Below are positions 46,955 through 59,180 of a stretch of DNA of 64,000 bases, in pieces. Numbering within the stretch: the first letter of the stretch is position 1; the number at the start of each line of letters is the position of its first letter. The notes under the pieces are model-generated. The model was not told the origin of the DNA. It saw only the letters and a program-made list of their open reading frames with translations, and did not search any database. A program made the position numbers and the translations under genes. The stretch comes from Octopus bimaculoides (Eukaryota): the NCBI RefSeq assembly GCF_001194135.2, contig NC_068982.1, positions 129,477,062 to 129,541,061 on the forward strand. Direction: 5' to 3'.

Positions 46955-47250
46955 CTGCATCCTCTAGTTCACCATTTTCTAGTTTAATACATTCGCTGTT
47001 TTCTTCATTAACGCGCATAATTTTTGATTTGTCGCAGTTGACTTTCAATCCTAGTTTGGCAGCTATTGCTTCTAATTTTGACGTTTTATTTTGCATTTGG
47101 CTATATGTTTGTGAAAGTAGCGCTATATCATCTGCAAAGTCGAGATCTTCTAGAGCTTCTGCATCTGTCCATTCAATGCCTGTTTGGCTTTCCATCGTAG
47201 TTTCCTTCATAATCCAATCTATAACTAAAATGGCCAAACTACAGTTTATT
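46955..47250 (-). mobile_element. Reverse-transcriptase fragment of a second RTE-like LINE family
   Basis: IDWIMKETT...GIEWT...LEDLDFADDIALLS...LGLKVNCDKSKIM (FADD motif, no PHD-like insert). Confidence 0.85.
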
Positions 47251-47342
47251 TTAACTATAGTTTATTTGTAAATAACCATCAAGTTTTCTAGATGCACAAG
47301 TTATACACAGATAGTATCTGTTATAAAAAGAACTAGGATTTT

Positions 47343-47850
47343 ACAGAGGCAAAGTGGCTTAGTTCCTTTCAAGTGTTGGGCCTCATGGAGGCACAGAGGC
47401 AAAAGGGCTGAGTTTGTCTCGAGCGTTGGGCTTCACAGAGGCAAAGTGGTTGAGTTCCTTTCGAGGGTTGGGCTTCATAGAGGCAAGGTGGCTGAGTTCC
47501 TTTCGTTCGTTGAGCCTCACAGAGGCAATGACAAGACCTTTGACATTATGTTGTGCTTGAGAAGAAAACCCATCAAGCTGAGCAAAATCGCAGTTGTGGC
47601 AGATATTGGTGTCACGCTAATTGGTACCCATACCAGTGGCATGTAAATGCACCCTTGTGTCACACAAATGGCTTGTAAAAGCACCCATTACACTCTCAGA
47701 GCAGTTGGCGTTAGGAAGGGCATCCAGCCATAGAAAACCATGCCAAATCAGACTGGAGTCTGGTGCAGCCTTCCAGTGTACCAGCCCAGTCAAACTGTCC
47801 AACCCATGCCAGCATGGACAATGGACATTAAATGATGATGATGATGATGA
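47343..47850 (+). mobile_element. RTE 3' end preceded by four 42-bp tandem units (47343-47518)
   Basis: Unit ACAGAGGCAAAGTGGCTGAGTTCCTTTCGAG.GTTGGGCCTC; then the standard tail and (GAT)n. Confidence 0.85.
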
Positions 47851-47969
47851 GTAACAGCTACATATTCTCATTCTTTTTTATTTCATTTCAGCAAATTATA
47901 TTGTAAGAAAATTTTTAAAAATCTGTAGGAATATTTACCCATTTTTTTTTCCTGACTTTTTTCTTTTAG

Positions 47970-48245
47970 GTAACACTAGTGATATTCAAGAGGCTATTTC
48001 TGAAGTGGCATCAAGTCATTCAGTAGGTTCTTTAGAGAATGACAATGACAATTTTTCTGATATGATTTCTGCAAATGTAAGTGGGCGAGGGACGCCCAAT
48101 GTTAGCGGGAGAGACACACCCCTCTCTCAAGCAGAAAGTGTTGAAGAAAGACGAGCACCTGATCTACCAGAGACTGTCCAGAAACAAAACCGAGAAGATG
48201 TTACTGAGAGATTTGGCAAATTTGAAATCAAATCTGAATTAGAGA
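47970..48245 (+). CDS. GAPVD1: GAPVD1 coding exon 6 (phase 1-1): (G)NTSDIQEAISE...SANVSGRGTPNVSGRDTP...FGKFEIKSELE
   Basis: TTTTTTCTTTTAG| acceptor, GAGA|GTATGT donor; .KFEI motif (human LRKFEIR as recalled). Confidence 0.9.
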
Positions 48246-48694
48246 GTATGTATACATTTTAATATATCTTTGTTGATATAATTAGATAAATTGATATTCT
48301 TGCTGGGATTATTTCATTACAGAATGGACTTCCAAGCATTATCTATTATGATGAAGTAAGATAAGTAACTATTTAGTTAGGTAAACAAAAGCAAATAGAA
48401 TATCTCTCTGTAAAAAGGTAGGTTTATAGTTTATAATGACTACATGCCCCGTTGGTGTTTGATCAGAGGTTAAGGAGGGTTGAGAATTAATTCTGTAATG
48501 CGATCATTCTGTTGCTCCAGTCCAAAGTTTAATTCCAACTGTTGGCCAATTTGTCCCAAAGTTCTTATCTTGACGTAAAATTAACAAGGTGAATGTCGTT
48601 ATTTCCCCCTCGTTCTCTGACGTCATCTAACAAACACCAGCCAAGATGGTGTGAATCAGCAAAGCTTTACCTGCTAGAAATAGCAACCCAAATG

Positions 48695-49254
48695 CTTTTA
48701 AATCAAATCCAAATGCTAGATGTTCAAGAAACAAATGAAGGGTAGATTTTCAATCCCAGGATCATTCTGATTCCAAAAAGGTATAGTATGTCTATATAAA
48801 TCAAATGTGTGGAGGCGCAATGGCTCAGTGGTTAGGACAGCGGACTCGTGGTCATAGGATCGCGGTTTCGATTCCCGGACCGGGCGTTGTAAGTGTTTAT
48901 TTAGTGAAAACACCTAAAGCTCCACGAGGCTCCCGCAGGGGATGGTGGCGAACCCTGCTGTACTCTTCCACCACAACTTTCTCTTACTTCCTGTTTCTGT
49001 TGTGCCTGTAATTCAAAGGGTCAACCTTGTCACATTGTGTCACACTGAATATCCCCGAGAACTACGTTAAGGGTACATGTGTATGTGGAGTGCTCAGCCA
49101 CTTGCACGTTAATTTCACGAGCAGGCTGTTCCATTGATCGGATCAACTGGAACCCTCGACGTCCTAAGCGACAGAGTGCCAACAACAACAAATCAAATGT
49201 AGACTGAGATACAGGGGTCTTGGACAGACAGAATTTCGCATTTATTAATATAGA
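48695..49254 (-). mobile_element. Helitron-like family 2 copy interrupted by a SINE
   Basis: Minus-strand start A|TCTATATTAATAAATGCGAAATTCTGTCTGTCC at 49254; resumes at 48808. Confidence 0.6.
48809..49189 (+). mobile_element. Young tRNA-derived SINE with 11-bp TSD
   Basis: A box TGGCTCAGTGG, B box GTTTCGATTCC, (AAC)n tail; TSD AAATCAAATGT at 48798-48808 and 49190-49200. Confidence 0.93.
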
Positions 49255-49717
49255 TTATCCATAGAGATGTAATTATTTAGTTGCCTTCAACCATTGCTAA
49301 TGGGCTAGATTTCTTATGAAAATTAGTTTGTTTTGTTTCAATGAAATGAAACTTCAGCATTAATTTACTCCTACTCATTAAACATTTAATTTTAATTTTG
49401 GTTTTCTATTTGTCTAACAGTATATGATATTCTTCTTCCAGAGTAACTGCTTTACTCTTTGTAGGTCCTGAAGTGACTTATTAGGCCAACATTGACATAA
49501 CATCCACAATTACTGTTGGGTGGAGTGAAAGCACATAACAGAATCAGGACCTACTGTGCAGCCCTCTTCTTTTTAGTTTTTCTGATTATTTCTGATTCTG
49601 AGTGCTGTATTCCAGAGTACACAGCACTACACTACATTGAGTGATCTTTTGTTATTGGAAATAAATACAGTGTTAAATACATTTTGACTAATCATTATTG
49701 ATTAATATTTACTGTAG

Positions 49718-49860
49718 ACGAAACCAAATCCACTGTTAGTGACACATGGAGTACTGATGTACTGGCTAGTGATTCTGAAGGTCCAGACCAGAACCAACTA
49801 GAGCGCTTGGAAGAGGTTACAGAAGAAATGGTTCGACAAAATTTGCTTGGAGTTGCTGAG
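49718..49860 (+). CDS. GAPVD1: GAPVD1 coding exon 7 (phase 1-0): ETKSTVSDTWSTDVLASDSEGPDQ...LGVAE
   Basis: ACTGTAG| acceptor, GAG|GTTAGT donor; WSTDVL.SD motif. Confidence 0.9.
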
Positions 49861-49989
49861 GTTAGTACTTTCTTTGTTACGTGATATTTGTAGCTTCACG
49901 TTTTTATTTTGGATTTTGTTTTGCAAATTTTTATATTCTAAAATAATTTACACTGTTGAAGACTCTTCCACCTAATTTTTGTAATTTAG

Positions 49990-50094
49990 CCTGTGTCTGA
50001 AGTCTCAGAAACAGCAAGTGATGCCTGGAGTACTGATGTTTTAGCTAGTGACACTGAAGAAAAACAGGCTGAGTTGATTCAAGAAATAGAACAG
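49990..50094 (+). CDS. GAPVD1: GAPVD1 coding exon 8 (phase 0-0): PVSEVSETASDAWSTDVLASDTEEKQAELIQEIEQ
   Basis: TTTTTGTAATTTAG| acceptor, CAG|GTAAAT donor; second WSTDVL.SD motif. Confidence 0.9.
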
Positions 50095-50446
50095 GTAAAT
50101 ATAGTTATCTTCTGTTATATATATATGTATTCGTTTCCTGTTTTACTGCTTATGTTTACTTTTTTTTACACAATTTATATACATTCTGAAGAAAAATATA
50201 ATCAAATGCCTTTTTATATTACTGACTGACTGACATATATAATCACTTTCTGAAATTGTTGTCCATACTCAGAGTTGCTGATAAGCCTGTAATAGAGCAT
50301 CTCCTTTTCTGTTTTACTCCTGATGTATTATGGTATCTGGGTTTGTGAGATATAGATGTTTGTAAACATATGTATAAAACAATACCTCCTCTTTGAATTA
50401 TATTCCCTTTTTATTCAATAGTCAATTCAAAACCGTGTGTGTGTGT

Positions 50447-50486
<40 letters not shown>

Positions 50487-50489
<3 letters not shown>

Positions 50490-51158
50490 GCAAGAGAAAA
50501 GACTGCATTGGTTTGGTCATGTGATGTATATGGATGAGGGCAGTTACTTAAAGTGTATGGAAGTGAGAGACCCAGGAAGACATGGGATGAAGTATAGGAG
50601 GCTGATCTCAAAATGTTGAGCCTTACAAAGGAGATGACAAGGGATGGAGGTATATGGTACATTGCTGTTCTCATGATGACCCACCAACCACAACAAAACA
50701 GAACAGAATTGATATCCTAAAACCACCTTGTTAATGCTTGCCCATGAAGGGCACTGGGGCTGGTGCCACATAAAAATCACTGGTGCTGGTACCACATAAA
50801 AAGCACTGGTGACGGTGCCACATAAAAAGCATTGTTGATGGTGCCATGGAAACAGCACTGGTGATGGTGCCATGGAAAAAGTACTGGCACTAGTGCCATG
50901 GAAAAGGCACTGGTGCTGGTTCCATGGGAAAAGCATTGGTGCTGGTGCCACATAAAAAGCACTGGTGATGGTGTCACATAAAAAGCACTGGTGATGGTGA
51001 CATATAAAAAGCACTAGTGATGATGCCATGTAAAAAGCATCCAGTCCACTCTGTAAAGTGGTTGGCTTTACGAAGGGCATCCAGTAGCTCCTAGCCTCGC
51101 CAGCTCCTGTCAAACTATCCAACCCATGGAAAATGGACATTAAAGATGACGATAGTGA
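50487..51158 (+). mobile_element. RTE 3' end containing an 11 x 26-bp minisatellite (50751-51036)
   Basis: VQEKRLHWFGHVM peptide; unit GCACTGGTGATGGTGCCACATAAAAA counted 11 times. Confidence 0.88.
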
Positions 51159-52683
51159 TTGTGTGTGTGTGCATGTGTGTTAATTTTAAAATAAATTTTT
51201 GAGCTGACTTGTGACGGAAGCTATTCTAGCTATGAACCATCTCATCTTTTCCCTGACTTAGTCTCTCTGCTGAGCTGCATTATCCATTATACATATATTT
51301 AAGATGTTAGGGTGTAGTTTGAAGAAATTTGGCTGCTACGTTTAGCACGCTGAACAATTTCATAGAGACTTCCACATACTGAAATTGTACACTATTTCTT
51401 TTCTGAATAATCTAATTTTAGAATTTCTTGAAAAAAAAAAAAGAATTCAATAAATTTCATTTTCTTAAACCCAATCTGCTAAGTATTTATTTTTTATTTA
51501 TTATTGAATTTTTTTTTTTTAAATCATTTTTTTTTTTCTCAAGGCTTATATGTCATTAGACATGTCTAGATTTCAAGTTCCTTTGAGCTGACAACTGTAA
51601 TCAGTTAGTCATTACAAAAGTACTTAACTGTCTAGATCTTGTCTTTATTCTCAAATTCAGTAATTAATTCCTAATTAGATTTTATTTGATTTAGTTTGTT
51701 TAAGAAAAAAAAACAGCAAGAGAGGCACCATACTGCAGGCTTATCCAGTTAATTTTGGTATGGAGTTAAATAGATATAAAGAGATTTTTTTTGTAAAATT
51801 GCTAATGTTATTAATGGATAGTTATGTCACTGCTCTTTTGAGAAAGAGCTACTCTGGGTTGTTCTACCCAACTTCCTTCATTTGGTTTGAAATTTAATAT
51901 TTGGGTTATTTCCTTCCAGTGACAAAAGGTCAACCCTATTAAATGGTTATACTACTAAATTTAATTGTACATATATCTATTTTAGCTTTGTTATATTTTT
52001 CCTTTCCTACTTTCGTATAGTCTTAACATTCCCTACCCTTATTTTTCTGTATTCATACTAACAGTTTATTAACTTCATTTCTTTGCACATAATTAATTTT
52101 CTCTTCACTTTCTAACCAGTAAGGCGATTTGTTTCATTTACATTAATTGTCTTCTTCCTTTCTTTCCTGTAGCATTTAGTTGGTTCTCTAAAGTTTATTA
52201 GGTTTTGTATTTTTTGTCCTTTTTTACTTAAGCTTTTTTTTTATTACTCTGCAAGGTTTTATTCATTTGAATGCAGAAATATTTGAATAAGAACATAGGA
52301 TTATGTTCTTACTTTTACCATGTAATTTAACAGAACATTGAAAATTAAGGTCTTAAAGGAATTAAAACTAACCCTTAAGAATTAATATCAAGAATATACT
52401 TACACAGTATGATGCTATCAAATTTAGCTCATATTCTTTGACTCTACTATATTACAACTCACTAATCCTTTACAATTTTCTCAGGTTAAATTTATCTTTA
52501 AAAAATTTCTTTTCTTGCAGCTAAGAAAACCATCTTCATTTTACTGGAGTTCATTAAAATGTTTCCAACATATTTGGTTTGCTTTCACACACCTAAACTG
52601 ACTAACTGTAACATTTTAACCTATTCTTACCTATCTTAGCTTTCCATTCCTTTCTTGAGTAGATAAATTTCTTCTTAACCTAG

Positions 52684-52780
52684 GATGATATGAACAGTGT
52701 TACTGACAGGTCCCTCAATCAAGATGAACTAGAATCTTCCTGTACACTAGACAGGAATGAACAAACGCCATTAGCCTCAG
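52684..52780 (+). CDS. GAPVD1: GAPVD1 coding exon 9 (phase 0-1): DDMNSVTDRSLNQDELESSCTLDRNEQTPLAS
   Basis: TTTCTTCTTAACCTAG| acceptor and CAG|GTAATT donor; open frame; supplies the 0-to-1 phase change needed between exons 8 and 10. No motif-level homology recognised. Confidence 0.8.
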
Positions 52781-53994
52781 GTAATTAACCTTTTATTATT
52801 TTACTCTTCTTAAAATTTGGGTCTGTTCTCTGCCCTCAGCCTTAGTTTACCAAATTTTTATGATTGTCCATTAGAAGAAATTTTTATGATAAAACAAACC
52901 ATATTTTGGCTGGTGCAGTTTTCATCACCACTAATAAGAAATTGTTGAATTAGTGAAATAAGAAATATCAGAACAGTAAACTGGTTTTCCATTTAATGTG
53001 CAGAATATATTTGTTGAAAATATGCAATATGTGTTCTAGATTTGTCATTTCGAATTTAGTTGTCCATACTAAAGTGGAATACTCCTGGTTCCTTGAGCCA
53101 TTGTTGAAGTACAGGAAGAAATAATTAGATAGAAAAAAATTGTAGTGAGTTACAGTTTATTTCATCTAATTATTAATTAACTAAGAACTTTAGAGGAAAG
53201 TAGTCATTAAGATGAACAATTACTATTTGTCATTGGATGTAAAAGTGAGGTTTAGTAGTGTTGATGATAAACTAAGATGCAGGTGAGAGTAGTATGATGA
53301 AGTGAATTTGACAGAGGATAAGCAAATTTACATAAGCAGAGACCATTGTAGTTATAATAGATGTGATGGTAGAATTATATAGTTTGATGCTATGTGATAG
53401 AATAAGGACAGTTTATTGTGGAAAGTGGAGTTAGGTTCTACTTAGAGAGTATGTAGATACTTTTTTCTTTATTAATGAAGCTGAAAAAACTAGTTAGTGG
53501 TTGCTAGATCTGTAAATAGATTTGGAATTTTTAAAAGAAAAGAAAGAGAATTGAACCTTTAGCATATAACTTTAAGTGACTGAATGAAATAGGGAAGAGA
53601 TTACTGCTGCAGAGAAGGAATAGGATCATCAGATCCTTGGAGAGTTCCTTATTTTATCAAAAATATGCTCCTTTGATCTATGTCAAACTGGAGTTGTTAG
53701 GAAAGAAGCAACTATCCTATATAAATAGTGGAATTTTGTCAAAAAGAAGAAAATTTAGTAATGCAAAATTTATTTTGATATGACTTCTATGTAACATGAA
53801 AGCCAATAGGGAAAATAGGTTTTTTGTTATGGTACTTTATGTTTAGGTAAGATTTTCATGAACACAGCACTTCAATAATGTGGAGGATACTTGTGCATAT
53901 ATTAATGAATTTCATATGACCTATATAAGCATGGAAAAGAGAACATTAAAATGATAATGACTGGTGTATGTATGTACTCAGTACTCTCTGTAAT

Positions 53995-54125
53995 GTGGTT
54001 CGTGTTAGGAAAGACATTCAGCTGTAGAAACCATACTAAGAAACTCTGGAGTATGACACAGTCCTCTGATCCGTTGGATCCTGTCAAACTGTCCAACCCA
54101 TACCAAATGTTAAATGATGATGATG
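53995..54125 (+). mobile_element. Decayed RTE-type 3' tail
   Basis: GTTAGGAAAGACATTCAGCTGTAGAAACCAT...CAAACTGTCCAACCCAT...TAAATGATGATG. Confidence 0.65.
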
Positions 54126-54443
54126 TATGTATGCATTTAAAGAATTTCTACTGTCAATTTTATTTTATTTCATTTAACTCCTTTTCCCTAATTAATGGGT
54201 CATATAGGTCTGTTAGATCTTTATAACATATATGGTAATATGGAGTTATTAGAATTGATAGTTCATCTAACTGCTATAGCACAGAAGCATTAGACTTCAA
54301 ATTTTACTAACTGTATGCTCTGAGAAATAATCATGATCACCTATTTATTTGTGTCTTATATTTACTTTACAGTTGATGTGCATTTTAATGGAATTTCCAT
54401 TTAGTTAAATATTTAAAATATTTTTTCTGTTGCTTTTTTTAAG

Positions 54444-55462
54444 GTCGGGAAAGTCCAGATGAAGAAAGAGAGTTAGAAGGTCTTGGTGCTGTTGGTGGTG
54501 TTTCAAGTCACCGACATCGAAGGTCCCATGGGACCGACAGAGTTACATTCAAAGCAAGTAAAAGTGCAGACTTTTTAAAGAAATCACCAACAAGTAAAAG
54601 TCCAGTAACACCAGGCTTGGCTGATATTGGTCCTGATGGTAATCCAGATGGCTTTAAATTGTTGAACGTGCCAAGACAACGTCTCTCAGCCACGTTTAAG
54701 CAAGCACAAGGAAAGGTTACTGCTATGCTTTCAGCATTGGATCATCATTCTAAATCAAGATTCATACATCCTTTCCAAGAGAATACTTATAAGAATTTTC
54801 CTGCTTATGATCCGACACCATTAAAGCCAGTTTCTCAGTCCATCCTGACTTCTGATATATCTGATTTGGGTTTTAACAGTCCTGGGGAAGAGGAACACAG
54901 TTGTAGAAACAGCAATAATATTTTAGAGAGTTTGTCTACTTCTAAAGATTCTGGTATCATGGATTCTCCACAAAGTGAACCCAGCAAAATAAATGAATAC
55001 ATGAGTCCTTCACCTGTTAGAGGAGCAACATCAGCTTCAATCCCAACATGTGAGGTTGATTTGAGGTTATCAGAACAACAAAATTCCAGACTAGATGAAC
55101 AAAGATTATCTGCTGCCTTGCGTGTGTTTGATCCCCTTGTTAGCAGCAACAGCAATCAAGAAGACAGTGGTGGTAGTAGTAGTAGCAGCACTGGAGCTAT
55201 AGCCCCCAGTTTTAATGCTGATGTAGCTGGAACCTCTTTACCAGAAAACTCAGTTGCTACTTGGAGTTCTCAGTTGATTGATGAGGTGTTTACTCCAGTT
55301 GAGAGTATGCAACAGACATCAAGCCATGAAGGCAATACTGAGCCAGCTACTGTTCTTGCATCAAATCATACTCAATCAAGCAAGAGAGTAGATATTGCTA
55401 CACCTTTTTCTTTAAGAGGTTCCCATAATTTCTCAACGAAAAATCCACTGGACATAGACCAG
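54444..55462 (+). CDS. GAPVD1: GAPVD1 coding exon 10 (phase 1-0), 1019 nt, Ser/Pro/acidic disordered linker
   Basis: TTGCTTTTTTTAAG| acceptor, CAG|GTAAAC donor; uninterrupted frame including track ORF 54617..; contains LRVFDPLVSS. Confidence 0.88.
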
Positions 55463-55594
55463 GTAAACTTTTCACTTTTACCTCTGTTTTAAGGGAACAT
55501 ATATTTATAATCCTAGTATTCAGACTTTTGTGCACTGCCTGCCATGAATACTGTTATTTTAACAGATGTGTTTTTATCTATCTATATATATATA

Positions 55595-55642
<48 letters not shown>

Positions 55643-57479
55643 AAGCATTTTCCCTAAAGACACTGAAATGAATTTTTGTTCATTTTGCCTTGAAGCAAAG
55701 GTCAGTGTTAATTCATTTTATGAGTATTATTGGGTTCTTTGTCCCACATTACATTACTAGTTTACCATTTGATGGATAGAATATTATCAGAATGAATAGC
55801 TTTAAGTTAGAATATTTAATTTTTAATTATGTTTTTCTTTTTCTTATCTGTTGTAATTTAATAATTGTTTCTTTGGCTTTGCAAATCTTTATTTTTTTAT
55901 GTTATGCTGTTAAATGGGCCAAAAGCTAGCTTTATTTGTTTTCTGAGGGAAAATGTAATCATACGTTATTTTACATTGCTACTGCTTGCTAGTATTGAAA
56001 AAATGTTCTCTCTCTCTCTCTCTTTGTTTCATTGATATCAGTAGCTCATTACTTTCTGCACTGCTCAGTGGTTTCTCTTGAAATCTTTCCGTTTTCTTCT
56101 ATTCTCATAACTCATCTGAACCCAGCCTACTTTTCTCACTTGCATTGCCTGTCACATGATTCATGATCATCTCCTCTCTCTTTCAACTCCTTTAGATGTT
56201 TTGTTTTCTGTACCTTCATTCTCATTTAAAAAAATATAAATAAAATGTACCTCAAGCCTACAGACTTATCTGATTTTCCAAGGAATGTAGGCCACTGAGA
56301 GTATAAAACTTCTTCTGAGTGATCTGCCAATCCATTGTAGATTTGCCCCCAGCTCCTGCTGGTACTCATTTTCAGCTGTGTGAAATGGAACATTGTAAAA
56401 TGAAATGGTTGTGCACTGCCTAATCTGAGAAATGCACCCACTACCTTAACCTCAAGGCAACATGTCTTCATCTTATTTCATAAGCCAGGCAATAATTCGT
56501 AGCTTTTATAGCCTTCATATTTATTTATTTATTTATTTATTTTAAAATATTCTTTTTTTTTTACTTGGTATCCTCCAGAAGAAAATAATCTGTTTATGGT
56601 CATGTCATTTTTAGTGACTTATATCCTCTTCTACCATTATACCAAGATTTATTTAGGTGTTTCATCACTCTTGTTTAATATCAAATCTGTACCTGCTCTG
56701 TTAGTTGCTGCAATGGTACTTAGTTTAGTATTGATCTATAGGTCATGCAACAAAGTATCTTTCTTTATGTTGTTTTGATTTTTATCAGGATTATGTTGTT
56801 AGCAGTGTATTTTTTATTCAATTTCTCTTCACTCTTTCTAGTTAGGTTTTTTCCCCCACTTTTCTCTTGTTTCTGATTTATTTTTTAGCTTTCTTCTATT
56901 TTCCATTTAAGTTATTTTCTAATTTATTTCTCTACTAATAGCTATGTCTTATCATTGTGCATTGTCATTGTCCTCTTTCAATGCATCCGTCAACATTCCA
57001 CATTGTCTTCTTCAATTAGGGAACATATTTTAAGGGATATATTTTTCTCTAATAAATTTTTTAAGCTATTGCTGGCCTTTTTTATTTCTGCTTTCAGGAT
57101 TTCTTCCCTCTCTTTTTAATTTTTAAACATCTATTTCACATTTTAAAATTGTTATCTCTCAGATCTCAAGCATGGTTATCATTATCTCTCCTTTTTCACA
57201 AAATATCAATTTTGTTTCATGTTTAAGTAACTTCATTAAAATTTTGGCATCAAACAACATGTGGCTAATGCAAAATGTTTCGCACTATTACACTATATGT
57301 TTCACTGAATATTATTTTTTTTTAAACTCTGCTCTTTGCTTAAATTTTTTTATTCTTTTGCATGCATTTCCACTTTTGAAAGCAAGGTTAACAAACATTT
57401 GTAAAAGGAAGAGCACAGACTACAAATACATATATAGAGGAATATTGTACATCTTTAGCTCAATAAATAAGCATTGAGT

Positions 57480-59180
57480 GAATATTTCCTTTGTAATTTG
57501 AACTGAACAAGTCCCATTTGCTTAAATTACTCACCTGGACCAGATCTAACGCTAAAGATATATCACTTGTTCACTGAGCATTTGTTGTCTATTTGCAATA
57601 AATAGCCATATCAATGCACCCATGTCTTCTGCTTACAGTATCTTTACTGCCCTACTACTGTTGTAACTCAGTTGTGCTCCATGCTTTTCTTACATGTGTC
57701 TCATACAATCTACTTTTCGATAGAAAAAACACATGCTTTTACCAACAAAGATAAAAATTTCTTGAGCTTCTACCACTTTTTTCTTGTCTTTTCTCACTAT
57801 ATCGCAACAATTTCTAACATTAGTAAGGTGTCCTAGGGAACAGAAACTATCAACAACATTTTATGAATTGACTGATCTGGCCACATACTTCAAATATTCC
57901 AGTACATTTAGGCACATTTGAAATGTGATCCCCTGTCAACTTACCAGAGAACACACAACATCTTTTGTATAACCATTGTTTGCATTGAGTACTCTATATT
58001 GAGTACCTGCCTTCTGGTTTCATACGTATTGAGTAAGGCCACTTCCCAGAGGGCACTGGTGTCTTTTACTTACTAGTACTTTGGTTTCTGACTAGTTGAA
58101 AATGAGATTTTTGTTCCCTGAATCATTCTACCCAATTTGAAATTTTTTCTATGCTTCCTTTGGTCATTCAGCTCTGAACTCATGCTATATTCTCAATAAC
58201 AACAGCAGTAAACAGTTAAAGGCTGAAGAGAGTTTACTCACTGCTAATTTTAATTTGGTTCATATGACTCTCACAGGTCATTCACCTTCATTTGATTTTC
58301 ATTGTAGTCAGCAGACTACAAAATGTGGGACTCTGCCAAAGATTTTTCCCAAATTGAAGACTGTGAAGTAAACTGACTTTTTCTAAGCTAAGAACTTACT
58401 GTTGTCTCACATGAATTATGGTATGCATCCTCTTATATCCAAACACAAGCTACATCATATCCAAGTCCACCCTATTCCATATTAATTTTGCTGAGTCTTT
58501 CTCAGCTTCTTTCAAGATTTGGTCTATCTGTTTGCAACTTCTGTAGTTGCTGCTCTTCAGTATAACACCCACTTTCTCTTGTAACAACTTACAATAATAC
58601 TGCCTTGTTGATCATTGAAAATAGCACCTCTCTGCACTAACTGATAGCTAATTAAGGAATACGAATAACAAAAGGGGATCCTCTCCATTGTCTCTAGAAC
58701 TGTGAGAAATAATGGCCAAATCTTCTTTAAATTAACCCTCTCATCTTAGGAAAAGAAAAGATGGTATTTAATGTAGTCCTAGATTCTTTTAAAAAGAGTA
58801 ACAGTCAAGGCTGAAATGCTTTCAATCATAAGCCTGCTTGATAGGATGACCTTGGGCTAAACAAAAACTTGTCTAAGTTGAGGACTATTATGTGATCAAT
58901 ACAGCCTGATACTTTCTATCCCAGCATCTATCCCTGGGGTTCCTGTTGCTTTCCCCATTTTCATCTTTTTAATAGCATTACTATCTATGCTGCAAGTAAT
59001 CTCAATAAATGTCTTCTCTACATCTTTCACTTGGGCTAATTCTCATTCAGTAGCCTACTGTAGCAGCATTTCCTTTTCTTTTGAAAGTTACCTTAAGGCA
59101 AACACACCTGCCTCATTTCTGGCACATTTACTTACAAATAACATCTGGTTCATGCAAATGAAATATTTTGTAATTCAGAA
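57480..59180 (-). mobile_element. Old, highly degenerate RTE LINE
   Basis: Minus-strand IIVSCYKRK (about 58570-58600), CKQWLYKRC (about 57960-57984), NVVDSFCSLGH (about 57828-57862), in the same order as in the 21723-24630 element. Confidence 0.7.

Noticed and set aside
50751-51036. CRISPR-like appearance of regularly spaced short repeats
   Set aside because: Units are contiguous with no unique spacers, sit inside a LINE 3' UTR, and there are no cas genes; the DNA is eukaryotic.
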